A stretch of 64,000 nucleotides of DNA from contig CM082580.2 in the NCBI GenBank assembly GCA_040954595.2, forward strand, positions 11,298,909 through 11,362,908. Reading direction: 5' to 3'. A model generated the notes under the pieces. It was not told where the DNA came from. It saw only the letters and a list, made by a program, of their open reading frames with translations, and did no database searches. The DNA comes from Balanoglossus misakiensis. Taxonomy: Eukaryota > Animalia > Hemichordata. Position numbers and translations under genes: made by a program. Positions 26,801-40,500 of this stretch are shown here, piece after piece (within the stretch, counting starts at the first letter, position 1; every line of letters begins with the position of its first letter).

Positions 26801-28959
26801 CCACCACCACCCCCCTTCTCCCCCCTCTCTCTGAATGACGCTTGTACTGACGAATATTAACAGAAGTACAACGGATGAAAGAGTGACAGAGAAAGAGGTA
26901 ATGCCTTCAGGGCCGTCTAAATGGCCCGGGCCGACGTATCGATTCGGAGCTTCTAGTACGTTCATCGACAGCACACGTGACGGCTACCCACGCCGAGGTG
27001 ATACCAAGTCTCGTTTTTTGTGAGTTAAAAAAAAACAAGTAACAGAAGAGAGAAAACACCGGTCCGCGTAGATAGTGTCCGACAATATTGCCACTGAACG
27101 CAGCTCCGTGTCTCAGAACAGACTACACGCAAACACCGATGACGTAGCCCTCACACACCCGGGTGAGGTTTCGGTGTGGCCATAATACAAAGTTTACCCA
27201 ATGCAACATTAAAGTGTAGAAAATGGGACGCTGTTTGTTATAGGGATAAGTGCGCGTATTAATCAATAAAAGCGTGGGGAAATTTGCCATCAACTCCACT
27301 TGTTAAGAGTCCTCTACCTCATGCTAGGTTCTCATGCCGTACTCTGCTATCAGACAAATAATTTCGATGATAAATTTATATCTGTATCGCAAAATATTAA
27401 CAGGGCAACCTGTGCGTACTGGTCGTCTCAAAAGTTGGTTAAAAGGCGATTGGCTGGCAGCACGCGCAACCCGTGTGCTGGCGCGAGCCCCCGGAGGTTA
27501 TAAACGGGTTTTCTTCCAAGGCCCGTTGTTGTACCCTTGTCATTGGTTCATAACTTTGCCAGAGACACGAAACCCATGGCGACGTTGCCAATATAATTCG
27601 CAGGTATCAGCTCTGGCACGAGGTTCTGATAGCACTCTGTTGCCCTCCCGATAAATAAACAAACTGCGCCCGTGATATGATAAATGTTAAAGTTAACATA
27701 CGTAGAGAGATATCATGATGGATTGGGGGGATCCGGTGATAAAGCATGGCGAGTGGTGCGGCTGCGCAGCCAGCGTTGGCGACTCGACCACGATCAACGC
27801 TCTGCGTGTCATAAACAACCCTGCGACAATGCGCCAATGCAGGGGAGCCCACTAGATTGCATGATTGAAATATCATGAAACATCATCAAAATAATTACGT
27901 CAAATTAATCACTGGATATTGTAATTAACGGTGTCTCAATGCGCTTAGTGGTCTCGGAGTTCCGGGGATCACTGCATGCAACGTAATGGTTTCGAATGAT
28001 CCAAATAGTCAAACAAGCAATTGATTGTAACGCTGCATGGACTATCACGGGGACGGCACATAACACACATCCGCCGGCAAACACTGGTGGTGCACCGAAG
28101 CCTTCCGCTACGGAACTGCCGACACTCGGTGCGAAAATGGGGCAATATAAATGTTTCATTCAGTGGTTCATCCGCCGCGAAATAGAGTAGTATTTACCCC
28201 TACTTCGCCAAATAAGCCAGCTTTATCGGCACGTGTTCTCGAAGGCCAATAATCGTTTCGGTTGATGTGTTTCGCGTGACTGAACGTGCGCTGTTATTTC
28301 AATTTTTCTACGGCGGTCGGTATCAGATTTCAAGTACGAATGCCATTTCCACGAAGTCGTCGCGTTAAGCTCCGGGGCTGAGTGTTCAATTGGGAATTTA
28401 TGAAGTAAACCTACGCTTGCCACATGCATTATTTTTAAAGCGTCTCCGTCAAAACTCTTACGAGGGTGGACGTTTCGAGCAGTACCGCGTTGGCGACAAA
28501 CAGCCATAGAAACAGACCTCAAACACAATAATTATTTGATTGAAAGAAGAAATTAATTTTCAATTCTTGGATCTTTGAATTTCTAGATTAAGATGCGTAG
28601 ATTCCAACCTCAGCAAAGCAAGCCCACTTGTCAGTGTTATCGAAAACTGGACGCGACAATCCTCTTGTGCGCGCGTACCAGGTTGAATCATCAACGGCCA
28701 CGAAAACAGAGTGTGGTAATTTAAATATGGAAATTTCATTTCTTTTGCTTTTTTAGGTTCAGTTCATTATTTCATGAGATAAGTTGGCAAGCTGGGCGTG
28801 TTGCGACTGCAAAACTCTTCCGAAAGATGTGAAACAGAGAAAATCTATTTTTAAAACAGGGCTATGTATATGTTATGAAGCATGAGGTGTCGTCATACAC
28901 GGCTTTGGCGTGCGCAGTCTCAGTGTGTGCGTCAGTAATGTTGTGGACGGAGGACGTCG

Positions 28960-29035
28960 CGTGATTGGTCATCGGTCCGGCTGATTGACACGCACTCGCC
29001 CGTTTGGTGTGTGGCTTGTTGGGGGGATATAACGT
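28960..29035 (+). promoter_or_regulatory. Candidate proximal promoter of PTF1A
   Basis: Reverse CCAAT box (gtgattggtc, about 28961-28970) and a TATA-like GATATAA (about 29026-29032), roughly 200 nt upstream of the ATG. Motif inference only. Confidence 0.35.
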
Positions 29036-29230
29036 CGGTGGCGTGACGGCTGTATGCCAGAAACGAACCAGCCGCTCTGTCGTCTGCATCGGCACCGTGT
29101 GTACAATTGGCACACCTCTCCAGAATATCCAGCCTGCCTTTTTTCTTTTCTTTCGTCAGAACGGAAAGAAAAGAACGACTCAGCCTTGAAGAAGAAGAAG
29201 AAGAAAATAGGAAGACTTTCTACCTGAAAG

Positions 29231-30858
29231 ATGGATATCGCAGCCATGGAGAACATCCAGTTGGAGAATCGCCAACACTTCGTCTTCCCAGACATCAATG
29301 ACAACACTTACGAACTTCTGACGTCACACTTCGAAAACCGGCAGCAGGACCAAGAAAACCTGAAAAGGCGCAGGAAAAAGAAATGCAATAACCAAATATT
29401 CCACCAGAGGACCGCGGCGAATCAGCGGGAAAGGAAACGCATGCAGTCGATAAACGATGCTTTCGAAGGACTCAGAACCCATATTCCTACCCTGCCTTAC
29501 GAAAAGAGACTTTCCAAAGTGGACACTCTCCGGTTGGCGATCGGTTACATCGGTTTTCTCTCGGAACTCGTGTCGACAGGCGGAAACAACAACAACGACC
29601 CGTTGCAATCCACCTGTCCAGAGCAGCCGAAGAAAATAATCATTTGTCATCGAGGTAAGCTGAGGTTATTTCCCTTCTCTACCTATTAAGAAAAATAAGG
29701 GGGGGACGAATATGACTCACTATTCGGATGTCTTGCTTGCCGGCAATTGTTCTGTTTTGAGTGCTTGTATTAGACCCAGAGACGCGTGAGCGTCAAGAGC
29801 TCTGCAAATTTGTCTATTATTGTGTTTGGGTACATTAGAGTGAACAAACACCAGATCGCATAGCCACTCGATATCCCCCAAGTCCAAATCCTGTGCAAGA
29901 TATCAAAGGCAGCCAAAAAAGACACCAGTTATTGAGATGTCAACACAAAGGTCTAAAATGAACATCACTGTGTCGAGTAATTGTATTCATTAGTACCGAT
30001 TAGATACCATAGACGCTTGGCCTTGTTTAGTAATCATTGCAATTTCTCAATACCTTCCTCCTGACTCGGTACGTCTCTGTAAATCTCCCTCTCGATTATC
30101 GGTGTTAGCCGTAGCGTGCAAACGTTGATCGCGCCTGACCGCAATATTTGTGTGTTTGCCGGGGACCGTTTTCTTGTTTGACGTACGCCTCTGCCGTGCT
30201 AATTATACACGCAAATCCTTGTTTTGTTATTAAACGTTGTTAGTGTAAACTTTTCAAAAGCAAACCCATTTACACTTAGGTATTCATGTATGGAAGACCT
30301 ATGTCTCATTCTGAAGAAAAAATCAAGGGTTGAAACGTTGCATGTCATTGACAAAACATTTCAAGAAATGAAAGTATCGCTTGGCGTCTTTTAGTTTTGA
30401 AAGTTTTCACCGTTTTCGTTTACAGATACACATTATAAAGGCGACCGTTTTTATTTCCAAATAAGCATGCTCCCCAGAATTTGGGTTTTCGAAATGAGCA
30501 CACGCACAACGGGGAAAACGTCCGCTCGTTGTTTTTGATGCAGTCGCTTCCATATGGAACGTTCAACTGGTCTTGCCAGTTGAAAACGTGGCGTTCGCTT
30601 CTGCAGAAACCCTTGATATCTAGCGTACTTACATATCCCTTCTGTTTTCTTGTTGCTGTAGGGTCACCGTCTCCGACAGAAATGGAATACGGCCTGCCGC
30701 CACTTGCTGGTCATTCCCTGTCCTGGACGGACGACAAGCAGAGGAAAAACAAGTGCACAGGTCCCAACAACACGATGACGGCCAAGGTGTGGACGCCGGA
30801 AGACCCGCGGCAAAACAAGCTCTCCCCGTGTACAGCGGAGACGCTCGTCATGCAGTGA
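29231..30858 (+). CDS. PTF1A: Pancreas transcription factor 1 subunit alpha (bHLH; Ptf1a/Fer1 family), 206 aa, 2 coding exons
   Basis: Exon 1 is 29231-29654 (donor CGAG|GTAAGC, phase 1). Exon 2 is 30662-30858 (acceptor ttttcttgttgctgtag|, ends TGA). The bHLH reads [56 protein letters not shown]. The diagnostic PTF1A tail follows: [25 protein letters not shown] (C1) and [10 protein letters not shown] (C2). An in-frame TGA at 29225 fixes the start codon. Confidence 0.97.
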
Positions 30859-31548
30859 ACTCTCGGTGTTCAAAGAAACAGTTTGAAAGACTCCGTTTCT
30901 TGAAACGTGTCTGAGCACCTGTTCCCCCCGTCGTCTAGCCAATAACAATCGAGCAAGCAGATAGAACACCTGCTGATTTGGGGCGACAGGGCATGAACTA
31001 TGAGAAGACGATGGTGCTCAGCTTCAAAGCACAGAAACTGCCAACTCTCCTGCCGAATAATTCAGCAACATTTTCCGTGTTTCTTTAGAGACTTGTTCTA
31101 GGTGTATACAGAGAGCGTAGCGACGACGAGAAGGCACACTGCCGGACACGAAGCCTTGTAACTACGTAGTTCTAGAATACACGCCATTAGGAACGATGCC
31201 TCGTCTCTTGATGAATTTTGGGAGCGATAGTGTCACAATCCTGTTTGACTATCTCATGCAAAACTGCCAAACAATCATGGAATTGACATCGAAAAACTTG
31301 AAAACGTCTCCCACGAACACCGCCATGCTGAAACGCCGGGGCCATTTTGTATAGTGACGAACACTCCAAGCCTGTCAAGCTTAGTGTGCCGAGATGTTAG
31401 ACTGTATGAACCAGTCAGCAAGAAACGCATAAGTATGTCAACGAACTAAACAGTTGTGACTGAGTTTGTCTTTTATGTCGTTAGCCACAGCAATGATCGG
31501 TCGTGTATGTGTTATGTCAGCTTTTGATATCTTAAAAAGAGAAATTAT

Positions 31549-31590
31549 ATTAAAATGTATCGAAATATATTAAACGTGTGTCTTGTGATT
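31549..31590 (+). terminator. Probable PTF1A polyadenylation region
   Basis: Two ATTAAA hexamers (31549-31554 and 31569-31574) followed by a GT-rich element (cgtgtgtcttgtgattt). This gives a 3'UTR of about 0.7 kb. Confidence 0.5.
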
Positions 31591-34500
31591 TCATCGACTG
31601 TTTGCGGAAGGATGTGCTCACCGTTGAATTACACACTTAAGAGCAAGCAGCGAGTGTACCATAGGAAGGGGCCTCTTATGTTCTTGAATGGCAAATAGGA
31701 ACCGCCATTTTTAGTCGACGACACCCTTTATTTACACGCGGGAAAGAATCGATAGAAGTGTCCAAACAGCCATGGAAATATCGCTATGTCTGGCACAATG
31801 CCGTTATTGATTGTCCACGTTAATTATAAATGCCGCCTTGACTCAAGAGACTAAGTTCTGGATGGGCCCGAAAGTTTGGCTACTGAATTAAAAGTGTACA
31901 CATTCGGCCGGTGTCCGGGCCAGCGATCGGGGCTGACTTCCTCACGCGATGGCGGCGCTTTAAATGGGGGAGGGTGGTTAGGGGTTAAGGTTTGGTCTGC
32001 GCCCAATTGTTCCTCTGTGTAAACACGCACCACGCAACTCCAGCATCCGTGGCTGGGGATTTCTTGGCTCCGCGGCAAACTGGCAACATTTGCCCACTGT
32101 ACACAAGCGCGCATTGTGGACCCCTCCCCGTCCCTGTACATCAGTATATAGGGCCTACACATAGCCAGCCGCATACTCTGCCATGGATATCAGTCTCGAG
32201 TTTTGATACAGAATTTGTAGAAGTGTTGACGCCCAGCACTGAGTTTTGAGATGAAGAATACAATGGCTTTTGTGAAGGATGCAGTATTGGGAGCGGAAAA
32301 AAATAAAGCAACAGGGAGTGGAATATGATTATGAATATGAATAAACGATCGAAGCCTCTACATTATTAAAAATGCATTGACATCAAATATATGGATTTCT
32401 TTACTTTTGACGTTCTGAAAACAGGTGCTTCTTGTCCATTATTTTCCCGCATCAAACCTTTGATTTCGATTTTCTTCATAATTATTTCCTTATACCTAAT
32501 CACTGAAAGAAGGGTTCCCTGTCTCTGCACACTAGATGAAGTGATAAAACGCATTTTGACAACATGTCTATCTGTCATTTAACGGAGGGCCATATTCGTA
32601 GAAATCTGCAGCACTGTGATTGTAAATGTTAAAGGTATTGATAAAGGCTAGATGCGTTGACAATGCGTTACGCGTGGGTTCGATAAACAAGTGCGCGTGT
32701 CGGGTTTTGAGGCCAGACAAGCCCTGTTTAAACATGTGATTATGTAGTGCATTGTTATTGGACATAGCTTGGGGATAGTATCTACGTCCCATCTCCTGTG
32801 TTTCTTTAGGGACTTTTATTCCCCCAATTCTCTGTCAAATATCAGATATGACTTTTTTCTTCTTTTCTCTCCCTGGCTGTACGTTCAACACGTTCTCTTA
32901 TCTGCCTGCTTCCCCCCATCTCTTCGCGGAACGCACAAGAGCCTCAGAACCGAGTGCGCCCATTGCTAAAGCACGTGTGGCTTATGCAATGCGCGGAGCC
33001 TGGCAAGACGTCGATGGCGGCCTTTTCAGGCGTTTTGGACGTGACATCCAATTTAGCGTCGATCAAGACTCCGTATTATTAGCATTTTTGCCAGTTAACG
33101 AGAGTCTAATTGGCGAAAAATTAAACGTGATAATAATGCCCCCCTCCTTCCAAATGACCACTTACGGCGGGGGTCTACCCACATTTTCCCGCCGCAGCGG
33201 GGTGAACAGTTTGGCTTCAATGGCAGCAGTCGCCGACTGAAAGCGTGTTGAGGCGAGTGGGGAGCGTGCGTGCCTCCGCGCAGACTGCGCTGACGTAGGC
33301 TGACAGCCACCAGACGCGAAGCAAGACAAGTCACAAGGACCGCATAGTTCAATAAATATCCCACATGTTTGGCAGCATGCTCTCCTCAATGGGGGAATAG
33401 GCTTGTCAGGAGTGGGAAAAGCGAAGTTGGCGGTCTGTGCATGCAAAGTAGGTAGAGGTGGTGATATGAATTCGCCTCTTTTCTCTCAGCCCTTTCTCCT
33501 CCCCCTCTCACCCGACATCCTTTCCATATTCTGACAACCTGTTCACTGACTTTCCACTGAAAGGCCACAAGAAAGAAAAAGTGTTTTGGTTTCAAGCGTG
33601 TCAACAAAGTGTATTCATGTTTCTATTTTCCTATACAATATCGAACAATGCGATGTGTACTTGCTCAAAAGTGGTCTCAAACGTTCCCATGGGTCCTGCT
33701 GTGGAATCATGGCGACGACAACTTTTTCTCTTTCGCTTCTCTTTTTTTTGCCAGGCGTATCTCGCACCTCGTGGAGACGCGCACTGAAACAGAAACGGGA
33801 ACGTTAAAGCATGTGGGGGGAACCCAAGGAGAAAGCGATCAAAAAACCACTGTTTGGCGGGGTTGTAGTGGTTTTTTCTCTTTAAGGCCACTTTGAATAC
33901 ATGCAATTGACTCCAAGACTTTGGTAGCAGGTGAAAAAGTTTATTTTGGGGCTCGCGTCAAATTTATCCCCCTAACATCTACCCCAATATTTGCATTTGA
34001 AAAAATGTCTAATTGGCGTCTGTCTCTACGTTTTGAGGCTGGAAAAAAAGAGGGTGGCGTACACGGCAAAGGGCATTCACGGGTATTCACGATATGGACG
34101 TGCACCTGGAGCTGTTCTCAGATTGCCGTAGCCTGGTGCGTGGCAGCTGCAGAGAGCAAGCAAAAAGCCATAATACATTGAAGCATGGACGTGCCTGCTG
34201 GAAAGGTAGTCTTTAATGTCCCATATCCCATTGTAATAACACAATGTATGTACACTGAAGAGTGACGTGGCTGGATAAAAACACACTTTTCAATTATCTA
34301 GTTATAATGTAAGCTGTGAAGCAAACAAACAATCAATTGCCAGGCTTTGTTTCCCTCTTCAAAGCGACGTGGATAGAAGCGGTAGCAAATGGTGGGGCCA
34401 TCTCAGAGAGGAAAAGCTGCAGCCCCCTCCAAAAAAAAGATGAAGAAGAGATCACATCTTTCCACCCACTTCAGCCTCCAAAGCGAAGCAGAAAAGCAAC

Positions 34501-37500
34501 GAGGAGAAAGAAACACTCATTTAGGAAAAAAAAGAAGACAAAAAAGTTGTCCACCCAGCTAAAAACAAAGACAACCTTATCAGTGTTTTGTTATCTGGGC
34601 GAAAACGAAACTCAAAATTACTCCCAGAACGGTGTTGGTTTCTCGAAGTACGAATCGTGTTACCGAGAGAGCAGGTTCAGCTTGCTTGAGTTGTTAATAC
34701 CAAATTAGGCAACTTCCGCATACAAACGCGCAACAAAGAGAGAACGATCTTTTTTCTTTGTCTTGTAATTATTAGACCGAGTTTTAGCAGATGTTTCGAT
34801 AGAAAATGTCAACATGAATAGTTAATAACCCGTCGATGAAAGAAATAAAACGACAGAACACACACACCACAAGAGATCAAACTTTGCCTATCGCACTTGG
34901 TGTATTTGTCCGGAGCAAACAAGCTAATGTTGGCTGTATTAATTAGCTTGGCCGATTGTCTTGATGGTAAGGCACGTGTTGTCCCAAACTACCGTAAAAT
35001 AAGGGGTGCTACCCTGCCCGGATAAGAAACAAAGATATCCAGTTGTTCAGCCCCCAAAACAGTGAAATGACACTTCACTGAACGCTCCGATGTGGATCCA
35101 AACAAGCCGGTGGCACACACCGCTACCATTATCATATCTAGTAAAAATCTCGACTGTTGATAATATCCTTTTGACTTTCAGTGTATTTAAAGTTTGGGTT
35201 ACGATACCGGCCTCCCACCTGCTGGACGAAACCGCCGCTAACAGGTGCCCTATAACAATTAGCACAAGTCAAACGAGTGCGGTATTTGAAAACTGCCGCA
35301 TAGAAAATATGATTTAAAGCATTAAATAACCCTGAAACATCTCGTTTAGAGCCCCAAAACAAACCCCGGGCGGTTGGCACCGCGTCTGATGCGAAAAAAC
35401 AACTTTTACAGAAGCGCGCCTTTACGCGCGCAAAACTTTCAAAACTTTTCAAAACTTTTTCTAAAGTGAACAAGTGCGTGCTGTTTTGCGCATGCGCCAA
35501 TTTTAATAGCCGTTATCACGTAAGCAGTGAAGCATAACAAAAGTTTCAGTGGAAAGCCAGCGCTGGAGCCAGATTTGAACTTTCGCGTTGCGATAAAAAT
35601 CAAACAGGCATTTTCGGTTCGCGCGGCAAAGCCTATTTTAGCACATCGTGCAACTGTAAAGCCACCAAACTCCGCGTTATTCCCGGCAGGAAAAACACAA
35701 AGTGGGGGAGCGGAAAAACCACTGTGGCTTTGAATAATAATGGCATTTTTGTGCGGCGATCTCGGCTGAAAACGACTGCGGCCCGCGCTATTGCCACGTC
35801 CCTCCCTGCCGCAGGGCTGCTCCTCCGCCTGCTTAAGGGTAGACCTGTACTTTTATTTCAGCCTTCGAGAAACACTTTCGTCTTCCAACAATCAACGAGG
35901 GGGTTTGTCATAAACTAGGCGCTGAAAACGAGTACTAATGGCACAAAACTGCCGCACATAGTCGACTGAAAACAACTCCCCACACAAAAGGCTTTGATGG
36001 ATAACACGAATCATCTAAAATAATGTTATGCTTAAATCCTCTTGGTATGGCCCCCAAATTTATAATTCTTTCCGTCTATCGAAAGTGAAAATGTTATTTA
36101 TGGATCAAAATGCGCAATGCCGGGTACGAAAATCGGCATGATTTCGGAAGAGTTTTTGATTCCATGTTGAACGAAACTCACTGTAACTTGGGCCGCTCTG
36201 TTTATCTGCTTAAGACAATAGCTTCTTCCTGAAGCCTGTGATTTTTTTTTCTACGTTCAAACCGGCAAAGTACTGATTTGTGGGACGAGCCACTGTTCGA
36301 AACGTGGGAAGGAGAATTTTCTGCATTTCCCGGGAGGTGTTTTTTTGTGTATCGTCGCTTCATTTTCCGACACGGAACAAGGTCAGAAAGAAAAGAGTGT
36401 GTCTGTTGACTGGCAGTTCTTTTAGTAGCAGCCTTTGTTTAGATGAACGGAGCATCGGTATTAAGATGCCGGCTTTAACCCGGCTGATGTCCCGGCATCG
36501 TACACGCGAAAGCCACGGCGTAGAGACGGGCCCCTCTACACACATCACGATCTGATTAAAGGCAGGTCGTGCCTAACCCATCTTATCCAATACCCAGCAT
36601 CAATGACAAAACACAAGTCTAGATGCTCTTTGCGGTTCACGTATGCCAGTCTACGTTCGCACGTGGAAGTAATTTCGCAAGATTCCCAGTAACACACCAA
36701 ACGGAATGCACAGGAATTTGCACGGCCAGAATGATTCAACAACTTCGCATTAGGGATTAAGAGACGCTGGAAAACTGGAAAAAGAAAAAAAACTCTGTCA
36801 CAAAACATTTGAAGCGGTGATAAATTAATTGGCATTTACGACGGACCAAAGCGAGAGCCAATTTAGAACTAAAAGCCTGGGCTTAGAACATTTCTATTGG
36901 CGTGTTTTCTTTTGTCAATGCACATCGTTTTGTTTTGTTTTGTATACTATCGGTAAGAAGGCTCTTTCCGAGTCCCTTTTTGCAGAGGAGCGCTCTTCGT
37001 CTGCACTTTTAATTGACGGGTCTGTTCGTTTAGATTGAAATTAACCAAATACTTGTGCAAATGTGCATGTTTCCGTAAAATGATGTTGGATAAAGTAGGT
37101 GACCGTGGAGTCGGCACCTTCGATTTGTAGTAACTGGTCGACGGCAGACAGCAGCGGCTGACAATGCTATTCCAAGTATCCGTGCATAAAGCAGGCCCTG
37201 ACAGCATCTAGCTCATACGAAACCTGGCAGTTTTTTTTTCTCTTCCACAGGAAACGAGTCATTTTACAGCATTAAGCCTATTGATAATACAAAGGACACG
37301 GAAAGTATTCTTGACCGAGATTTGTGTTGTGAATGTACACTGACCGGAAAGTTTGATCAAACGTAGTTTTTTTTTCTGGACAAAAATTGGGCGCCGCTGG
37401 AAATGATCTCGGACTGCTTGTGTATTAAAATACAACGCTTTCAATCATGGTTGCTGGATGAATTAGTAGAATAGTCTGTTCAAACTTACAATGTATAAGG

Positions 37501-40500
37501 ATTTGCCAGACGGGGGCAAAGTGTCGATTTCGTACAGAAAACGTGTATTTAGAAATAAGGAAGACAATTACGCGAAAGACTGGGGCCGGTGTAGATTTGT
37601 GTGAAACAATATTCGAGTTTTATGTAACGTGAACCCCGTTAAAAACGGGAAAACATCGAATGTAAAGCCTGCGTAGTAGCAACTATCACTTCCCCTGCGC
37701 TTTCATTGGGTCGGAGGTCAAGGGTCATATAAGGGCATACATGCACGCATGTATGTGTGTGCTTGCGCGCATATATTGGCGTCTGGTCCGATCTTGTCGA
37801 CTTATCGACGACACTAACCGCTCTTTGAGTCGGTATTTTAACAACCAACAAAGTCCCAAGTCAGTATTACGAATACAAACTAGCGAAAACCGGTGAAGCT
37901 TAAAGCTGAAAATGTGCGAAACATTCACGGTTCGCGAAGGGTAGCATGGTCGATCAGGGAACAACGCCGCGGCGGCGCACACCAGTTTTCGGGCAGACAA
38001 GCTTTCCCGTTCCGTGGCAATGTTCTGGCCGGTTCGTGTGTGTGGTTTATTGGGGCGATGAACTGGCGGAATTCAGCGCTATTCTATCACTATCACACGG
38101 CATAGGCAGGAATCTAGGGCATCGGCGACAATTTGTACGCTGCGCCGGGCAATTGTGGCTGTTTCTTCGGTGTTATTACCGTTTACCACGTTGCCATTTA
38201 AACTGTCCCATTCAGGGAGAACAATAAGACGGCGATCTTTGTGTTTGGGGCTGACTATGTTTGAGCAGACTTATTACTACTATAGGCGTCATCTTTATGC
38301 TGTTTGACGTCTTTAGCACTCGAAACGATTTTTTTTTCACGAATTTACGACCACGGATAAACATTATTCATACGATTTCGTGCCCACAACTGATTCCTCA
38401 AGCAAAGCGGAGCGATTAGGAAAGGGTCGAGAGAGACGGAGAAACATCAGCGGGGGTCGGAGATGATATACGGCGTCCATATACGTCATGTCTTACATGA
38501 TTTAAACTACGCTGGGACACAGGGGTGACTTGTAAGGTGTGCATTCAACTTCACTGTGAACAAAGGGTTGCAACTTTTCTATGAAGTCATCATGGGGCAG
38601 CCGCTCGTTCATATGCACGTCTCCCGCCCCCTCGTCGGTGACGTTGGGAGACTATCGCCACCCCTCCTCCCTGGCCCTGCGGCCCAACCGTCACCTAGGT
38701 GGCCAGCTTCAAATTTCGCCCGCCATGTATCTCTCCGCCAAAAAAATATTGCGAAATTACAGGGGCGCGCTTTGTCTTGCTGCCCGCACCGCGTGAAAAA
38801 TCGCGATGGCCATTTAAAGATGGGGTGATGTCGACTCCAATCATTGACAATGATTTCGACGATGGAACTGTACCGAGGTTTCGAAGTTCCACCAGTATGC
38901 GTCTGAATTTCTCAAATTTATGAGTCTTATATTTTATTGCGTATTGTTCGCCCGCGTGCTCTTGAACCTGTTTACGCTGCTGTGTATATATGCACTGGTT
39001 GTCTGACCACAATCTCCCGGCGTGTTGGTTGCTCCGAAGCGCGTAGCAGCCCTGGCGGAGGAGAGAGCCGTTAAGCGTTGCGGGGATGGACACCATCCCA
39101 TGATGTCACGAGCCGATTCGGTGTGATCACAGTTAGTTTAAAAAAAAAAACTTCTCCGCCAAAGTTTGGCAGTTGTAAAGAATCTATTAAGTACTTCCTG
39201 CGTGGTGTCCGTGCAGCGGGCTCGCTCGTGTTGCCATTGTGTTGGAGCAATGAGCCGTCATCATTCGGCGCGGCAAACCAGAGCTAATCGCTCATTATGG
39301 AGACCCACTTTCTGATACCTTGATTTTCACCATTTAGTTCCGGGTCAGCGAGTCCGAATTTCTCCAACTGATAGATGGCAAGTGAGTTCAAAAGTGCCTC
39401 CCCTAGCTGTGTTCAACAGGGTCCAACTTTTAACCTACACTCTTTTGATTAGCTTCCAAAAGGAAAAGTGTTTCACGTTGGGATCGGTCTGAAGTGATTG
39501 CAAGGCACGCGCACGCTTAATATCAGAATGTTATATTTTGCAAGTTCGCCTCGCACGAGAAAAACTCTTTCGCAACGAGATCAGAAAATAGAAACATGCA
39601 ATTATCACCAAATAGTAAAAAGGGGGCTGTATAGAAAATGACAAAAGAAAAAGAGTTTTCCCGAATTTATGAAAACGGATGTCGGAGTCGGTTACCTTTG
39701 GACATATTTAAAAATCAGCAAACGTCACAGCCCTTGTCCTTTAAGGGACCCCGCAGCAATTGGATCTCTTTGTTCCCTTTTCTTTGTTAATACATAACTG
39801 TAATATTAAACTGAACACCGTGCTTAAGTATGTCAGATCCCTCAATATTTGTAAACAGGGGATTACTTTAAACGTGTACACACAGAACAGTTTTAATATG
39901 TACATATACCAATTGAAACAAACGAACAAACAAACAAACAAACAACAATATTTATTGTTGCTAGTGTTTCTAAACTGAGATGCATTGGCATTCTTAGACC
40001 TTTGACCTTAAGGTTTGCAATACACCGTGACCAGGGATGGAGAGATTTTCCAGGCAACAACCGAAACAAAACAAAACAAAATGATGTGACACTGATCACG
40101 TGACAGCGAGTGGCAAGACTGACTTTTCAAGTACCATGCGGGCACCGAAAATTAACGCCATCCTCAGCGACCGATGGACACGTCCTTTGTGCCCGGACTT
40201 GCTGCATGGGGCACAAGTACAATAATGTAAGAGACAGGCCCTTTTCAAAGAAGAGGTCTGGCTACACTGGCTCAGGCGCCGGGACTCTCCCACACGCTTG
40301 CGTTTATCGCGCAAGAAAAAACGTCCCATGCATTACGCAGCATTGAATCGAATAATAGGGATATCTCTTACGCAGTCAAACCGCTTTAGTCAGATCAAGT
40401 TCATATCTTTTTGTATAAAATTACCCAGAACGGGCAGCTGTGATACTAACGCCCTTTCATGATCTCTCTGTGTCCACACGGAGCGTACGGACCGGGGGCG

